Below are positions 57,867 through 64,000 of a stretch of DNA of 64,000 bases, in pieces. The position numbers and the translations under genes are program-made. Below the pieces are notes generated by a model. The model did no database searches. It was not told the DNA's origin and was given only the letters and a program-made list of their open reading frames with translations. Origin of the DNA: Lingula anatina (lineage: Eukaryota; Animalia; Brachiopoda). Each line of letters begins with the position of its first letter. Within the stretch, counting starts at the first letter, position 1. The stretch is taken from assembly GCA_051362555.1 (NCBI GenBank), contig CM120640.1, forward strand, positions 69,480,788 through 69,544,787. Reading direction: 5' to 3'.

Positions 57867-60252
57867 TCATAATAGTTCTAGTTCACATATGAACTTGTGC
57901 TTTTCATTGCACATAGCATCATTCCATTTGTATCCTTTAGAGCTCAGCATCATCAGGCAGTCCTCACTGCTTCCATTCCAGTTGTTTGGTTCATCTGAAA
58001 TAAAAAGACATCCATTTATAATTAAATGACCCAGTGAAAATGTAGCAAATCAAAAATGCATAAAAAAAGATAGAAAACAGAAAAAGTCTGAAGGCTGTCA
58101 AGTGAGAGGTGCTTGTGTGATGACATGCAGTGATGACAGGACATTAGTGCGGTCAGTGGTTAGTGATATGATCAGTGTGGCTATGGTTGGTGTGAGATGT
58201 ACATTCTGTGCCATGAGTGCCTCCCATGCCTGGTGATTGCTCCTGCCCCTGCGAAAATTTTGCGCTTACTTATGGTTCTCAATCTGTCCTAGAACATAAT
58301 GTTTTTCTCTTTTAATGAAAAGTGTTCTTAGTCTGTTTTAGGACATTCTGAGTGACTTCCCAAAAACAGTTCTCAAACTGTTACATTCATTACAGAACAA
58401 CATTAGAACTGTAAAAAAAAATACACCAAATATTCTAGAATAGATTGAGAACGTTAAATGAGATAAATTTTCGGTCTCTATCCATATATCAATACAGGCA
58501 CATGACATACCATCATGATTAAGTGCAGTCTGTCTTTGTTATTGTGTGGTATTATTAACATGGTTGACCTGAGAAAAATGTCAATGGATACCAGGAATTA
58601 TTGGATCATGGGAGGAAATGATGCTTCAGCTCATTACGCTACTCATATTCCTGGCCCATAAGGAAAGCAGATGACATGATTAAGTGATGTGAGAGGCAAT
58701 TCCTGTCAACATTCTGATATATATCTAATGACGTTGATATTTTTGATTTAAAGATTGATCTGTTTTAACATCAACTTCCTAATGTGATATAAAGGAACTA
58801 TTTATCTTTCCACATTAGAATAATGTTTCTTATTAAACACCCCACCCTGACCATTCAAAAGTAATCATTGATAATTATCCAAATTTAAAAGAATGAGCTC
58901 TGTTGTTTGCCAAAGCAACACAGAAGGAAATATTAGACGAATGCATTAAGTGTCTGTGTCGGACCCCTGTTAGCCTGCAGGGATGTGTCCTGAAATACCA
59001 TCTGTGACTGTTGTTGCCAGCATTGAGTTGCACTAGATATCCTGGTAGCTCTGCACAGCATACCAAAATAACTTTTACGTCATCAGATGAATAGCCTCAG
59101 TGGAATTTTCAAAAAAAGTGTACAAACACCATCTGCATTAAAGCAACTTAAACTGTAGCATTACTTGTTAATCTGATGCACACTTTATAGCTCATTTGTT
59201 TGCTAAAAATAGTATTTTGTGTGTGTATATGTGTGTGTAGATGAGGTAAATAATTAATTTATTCATTTATTTATAATGGGAGGGAAAATTAGTGTCATCT
59301 AAGATTAAAAATATGGCGATAAAATAAATTTTACCTGTGTTCCAGTTTGTGAATGTGAAAGGTTTCCCACTATTGTTCCATTTCCACTCACCAATAGGTG
59401 ACGCTGTAGTAGTTACATTTTGGCTATCAGCATTAGGTGAAGAAGAGTTTTGAGCTGGAAGCTTTTCATAACCTCCTATCCAGAACCCATATGCATAGCC
59501 ACCAGCTGGTGATTAAAAAATATAGATATATTAATGTATGTATTTTTTTTACAAAAAAATAATTGTCATAGATAAGCCTTGGGATAGATTAGCGTGTTAA
59601 CCATTCCACGTTTTCTCTTTAAACTTTTTGTTACTTTAGTTAGTCAACAAAGGAAAAACAAGGCTCAGTTACTTTTCTTCCTCAATTTTTTTTTTTTTTT
59701 TTAAGATTAAAAAATTTTAAAAAATAGATGTCAAGATGGAAAAATAAAAGAAGGGGGAAAAACAAGATCTCTTCAGAGCTGTATTGTTATGACTATGGCT
59801 TTCATAGTTGTATCCACAAATTTCTCTGTGAAAGCACATTCTGTACCGTCATAGTACATGGCCGCAGCCTGCCTCCCGATGAACACCTGTTCCTGCTGTG
59901 AGGTGATGTCCATGAGGTAGGCTCCCATCAAACCACAGTCCCACTGAGCATCTCGCCATGTTGCTGACCGGTTAACAACCTTATAGCATGAGCAGTTAAA
60001 GCGGACAAAACTGTGGGGGCAGTCTGGAAAATATAGGCTTCTGAAATATGAAAGTCTGTATAGAGATCTTTTAGCTGCATTTTACAGTTAATCTGATGAT
60101 TTGTTTGAATATATTGTGATATCTTGTAGAATTTGACTTGACCAAAAAAAAAAAAACCCTCTGACCAAGGTGTTACTAGGTATTTAAACATACCTGTGTA
60201 GGTGTGGCACAACACTTCAAACCTTGGTTTGATAAAAACTGACTATGATATT

Positions 60253-60290
<38 letters not shown>

Positions 60291-60731
60291 CTCACCACTT
60301 CTATATTTAATTCATTATGTCAGTGTATGAAATCTCGTCAACAGAGTGCGAGTAGCCATATTAACATCTACCCTAATGTTGTGTCACGTGACCTGAAATG
60401 ACACCTTTTCTACTTCAAGGTTACACTGCTTTTATCACCTGTTCTTTTTTTTTTAATGGGCTACACGTAAACATTTGCTTTCACCTTGTTTTAAACACCT
60501 GAGTTGTTCCTGTATGTCCCTGAGCACAGATTCCCCCGTCTGCACCCCCTGGCACTGTGGACCAGCCCCAGCTACTGTGTACCTGATACAGTCGGGGCCA
60601 AAGCAGGTTCCTAAAGATCGCCCCGTTTCTGCCTCGGTCGTTGGCTGACAGATGTGTCTCTGGACCGTACAAAGTAGCAGTGACATTATTAGGCAGTTCA
60701 AGCTGGCTGAGCGACATAGCCAATAATCCAT
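57867..60731 (-). CDS. Secreted C-type lectin (single CTLD, EPN/WND), ~240 aa, 4 exons, antisense to MKNK
   Basis: Exons 60731-60485, 60023-59847, 59505-59335, 57994-57867 (723 nt, in phase). Signal-like MDYWLCRSASLNCLIMSLLLC. CTLD DCPHSFVRFNCSCYKV…ATWRDAQWDC…FWIGG…WKW…FTNWNTDEPNNWNGSSEDCLMM…WNDAMCNEKHKFICE. Confidence 0.9.
58246..58470 (-). mobile_element. MITE-like element, family C, copy 2 (inverted relative to copy 1)
   Basis: Reverse complement of 50234-50484 over ~200 bp, for example TGTTACATTCATTACAGAACAACATTAGAACTGTAAAAAAAAATACACCAAA. Termini are degraded. Confidence 0.8.
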
Positions 60732-61549
60732 TGCTTGGGCTCTTAGTGTTGTCGTAAGCTTCCCCTGTACGTATTCTCATAAGTAGAGATGCAATGTGTA
60801 TTTAAAAACCACCATCCCCAGATTATTTGTATAGGTCGCCCTGTTCTAAAATGGTCCCCTTTGTGTAGGGAGAAACAGCAGGAGGAATGTTTTTATGTTT
60901 GTGATTTCATGCATGATTGACAGTGCATTGCATGTTATACTTTATTATGGCCCAGATAATATGGCGTGGGACAGGTATTTTATAATTTCTTTTAGAAAGC
61001 AATTTTACATTGGCTGAATTGTTTTAGACAATAGTGGTAAAAATGAAACTATGTAAGAATTGGTGAAAATATGTAAAGAAAGAAGAAAACACTGGGAAAT
61101 TGCAAGAAATCCTGTTCATGTTTCCTTTTTCACAGCAGTAATGTTTAAAGTCTTTCAGAGCAATAAGTTGGATGCTAAGGCTATTTACAAAACATTTTAT
61201 TTCTAAAACCTGCTGTTTGCGCAGTTGTTTACATTACCAAATCAATATAAAAAATTTTGGAGAAAAAATGTATACAAGTCCACAAAATATGAGCACACAA
61301 TGAGTTTGGTTAAACAAAGTGGAATGTTTGTACAAAAAACTACAAAAAGCAACGCAGACAAAAGGACCTTTAAGTGGAAATTCTGAAGCTCAGCTTTTAA
61401 ACGGAATATGTGTATTCTTATATCAGAAAGCAGTTGCTATATAATACTTAAATGAATTATATATGACTAAGCACGCTTTCCTTAAAACTTGAGTAGATAA
61501 AAAAATCTGATCATCAGTTTTACAGTGTTCAACATGGATTTTTGAAGAA

Positions 61550-64000
61550 TCATACAAGATCAATTTCACAGATGTACACATGAGTATTCGTGCAGATATC
61601 ATCATTCCAAGTGTAGCCAATGTTATATGTCATAAGAAGACAGTCTTCATCTGTGCCTCCCCAGTTATTGGGCTCACCTTAATGTAAAAAAATAGAATTC
61701 AATGTTTATGCAGAATCAGAGAGAATTTTCTTCTTATCGTCATGTAAATCCCATTTTGACTATCAGCCAAGATCAAGGTTAAAGTATAAGCAGTTTTCTA
61801 GAATCATTAAGTCGTAATGTAAGAATAAATGGCTGAGTGAAGAGAAAATCCTGTGAATACCTAAAAGTATAAGCTGTCAAAGCTTCAAAGCACAAAATTG
61901 ACTATTTTTGTATTGGTCTTCTATTAACTTTCAGAATTTGAATCTTTGTGCTTTTTAAAAATATTCATACTAACCTTCGCTCCAGTTGAAGTAAGTCAGA
62001 TTTTGATTGGTTGTCTCCCAAGTCCAAACTCCGTCTACTCCCACAGTTGTATTAGGCGGTTTCAAGTCGTACCCTCCCAACCAAAAGCCTTGATTGCTGA
62101 CAAATCCATCACCTGAAAGAATTGTTACCAGCAGATATAAAAGTAACCATTTTGTAAGCTTACAGCTGTCCAAGGTGATGGCCTCTGTTTGACCGGTGAT
62201 GACCGCTGCATCACCTCAAAGTTACAACAATAGTTTCTTCAAACAACAGCAAATTTGAAGTGATCTACGTTAATAAATAACTCTGAATTTAGCTTTTGTT
62301 TGAGGAAACTATTACTCTGGCTTAGAATGCTGAACTTAACTGATGAAGATTTTTGCCGAGTCAGCTCGGTCAGTCTACACAATACTGGTCATTGTCCATG
62401 TGTCACTGGACTGGTGAGTGTGACTTGCATGGATGAGTTCCAAATTTATTAGCCTTTCTCTTTGCAAAGTACAAAGGAAAAAGTCAGTAATTGTTTACTG
62501 TAACTAAGAATAAATCCAATTTCAAAATACTAATATTCCTTATATGAAATGCAGAATTATACACATTCTGGTTTGATACAACGGTTCCTATACCTTCAAA
62601 GTAGTGGCTAGCCACCTGTCGTCCTATTGTCTGCTGCTCCTCAGCATTCTGCACGTGCACGAGGTGTGCTCCCATGGTGGAACACGAGTAACGTGCATCA
62701 TTCCAGGTAGCCGTGCGATTTATGACCTTGTAGCAAGAACAGTTATTTCGAACAAAACTGTATGGGCACTCTGGAAGAAGATGAAATATATGCTCATGTA
62801 TATACCACATCATATAAATGTGTTGAAAAAAATGTCTAGTTTACTATGTGATAAACTTAAAATGTTAAGACCTTATGGCATCATGTTTTTGTTTGTTTTT
62901 TTTATTAAAGAAAATTTGTAAAGAAGTGATGGTTGATTTATCTGAGTACCTTTGAAGATGCAGTTCAGTTTTCTGTCTTGTTCATCCAGCCTGTTCTGAA
63001 GTAGAAGATTTTGTTGCTGTATGGTGGCCAGTGTGGCCCTGAGCTCAGTTTCAGAATTCTGGTTCATGCCAGATGTGGAGGTGAAGCCACTGAGGTTCCC
63101 AACCTGTTGCAGAATGTGATTGTTTTGCTCAACTACAGCATTCACCAGATGCAGGAGACTGGAGGTGTTTCCTAGGCAGGCAGCAACACTGGAATTGCTT
63201 GTAGCCTGGGATGTGTAGGAATTATTTTGAGTTTGAGATGTGTTGGCAGACGTAGAGTGACTGGTGTTTGAGTCTCTTTCTGTGCACATGGTTGAATTAA
63301 TGCGGCTTGTTATGTTTGATAATGAGTGGATGAGAAATTCTAGCCTGGCACTGTCAAATGTGATGGTGGAATTTCGCTGGGAGACATTCATCAAAAATCT
63401 TGTCAACATACTTTCTAGGTGTGGCTGAAGAAGTTGTTCAAATTGTGTGAAGTTGAAATTCACAGCAGATGAATAATTCACTCCCATGCTTCTGTTTTGC
63501 GTCGTTGAAAAGTTGATAGAATCTCGCAGCTCTGACACTTGCTTGATACAGCTTTGATTTTCCATCTTGGTTTCTAGTCTTTGAATCAGCTGATAGATGG
63601 CAGAAGTGTTGCAAGAGCTGTTAAATGACTGGTTTTGTTGCTGGAGGTTTGCTAAGAGTACCAAAATGTCAGCCATTTGTGTGGCTAGCTTAATCTCCAC
63701 TGCTCTTGTCTCATTTAACATTCCCATGAGTTTGTGGGATATATTACATTGAGTCCAGCCTGTAGTAGTATTGCCAGTAGCCACAGTCTGAAGAGTCTGG
63801 TTGATTGTGGTTAGGAATGACATAATACCTGTCAAATTGGATGGAGAAATGGTGGAACTATTGCAAGGATTTTTTAATGAATTTAAACTGCAATTCCTGC
63901 TTATGACATGTGTCAAGTTGACCAGTTGTCTTAGTGTCTCATTTTGTACCTGAAGTAATGGCTCCAATTCTGCGGCAGAGGTGACATTTGTAAGCTGGTG
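61550..64000 (-). CDS. C-type lectin with a long Asn/Ser/Thr/Gln-rich helical stalk and C-terminal CTLD (EPN/WND); 5' end outside the window
   Basis: Exons >64000-62950 (open to the edge), 62770-62594, 62112-61975, 61677-61550. CTLD ECPYSFVRNNCSCYKV…ATWNDARYSC…FWLGG…WTW…YFNWSEGEPNNWGGTDEDCLLM…WNDDICTNTHVYICE. Minus-strand AATAAA at ~61202-61197. Confidence 0.9.
62229..62313. repeat. Imperfect inverted repeat in a lectin intron
   Basis: AATAGTTTCTTCAAACAACAGC pairs with GCTTTTGTTTGAGGAAACTATT. Confidence 0.7.

Noticed and set aside
60481-60780. 99-aa ORF MRIRTGEAY… as lectin exon 1
   Set aside because: It ends in phase 2 and cannot join the CTLD exon. The overlapping frame from 60731 has a signal peptide, phase 1 and a neck similar to the paralog.
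62338-62385. CTGATGAAG followed by a stem-loop resembling a Penelope-type hammerhead ribozyme
   Set aside because: The essential GAAA is replaced by TACA, and I could not build stems I/III or an NUH site. At most a dead remnant.

Overview
AT-rich, intron-rich eukaryotic DNA from a bilaterian invertebrate. A mollusc or other lophotrochozoan is plausible from the repeat types, but this is inference. I assembled eight spliced protein-coding genes by hand from splice signals, with consistent reading phase: ZFYVE9/16 (SARA/endofin, -), ERI3 (+), GIPC (-), TMEM8/PGAP6-like (+), CHERP (-), the 5' half of MKNK (+), and two paralogous EPN/WND C-type lectin genes (-) that appear to be nested antisense in an MKNK intron. 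The six housekeeping genes form three head-to-head pairs. Introns carry a complete-looking non-autonomous Helentron (HINE) with an internal ~145-bp tandem array, several MITE-like palindromic elements, and mini/microsatellites. The most unusual observations are: (1) a 6 x 96-bp tandem array that copies an intact splice acceptor plus exon start of SARA, where five of the six acceptors lead to a premature stop; (2) the nested lectin pair, one with an extremely N-glycosylation-dense stalk; (3) a candidate 9-nt microexon in CHERP; (4) a probable GC-AG intron and a mitochondrial-type N-terminus in ERI3; (5) inverted MITE copies bracketing the MKNK coding exons. I saw no prokaryotic features, CRISPR arrays, rRNA or tRNA. 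All exon coordinates were read by eye and need RNA confirmation.
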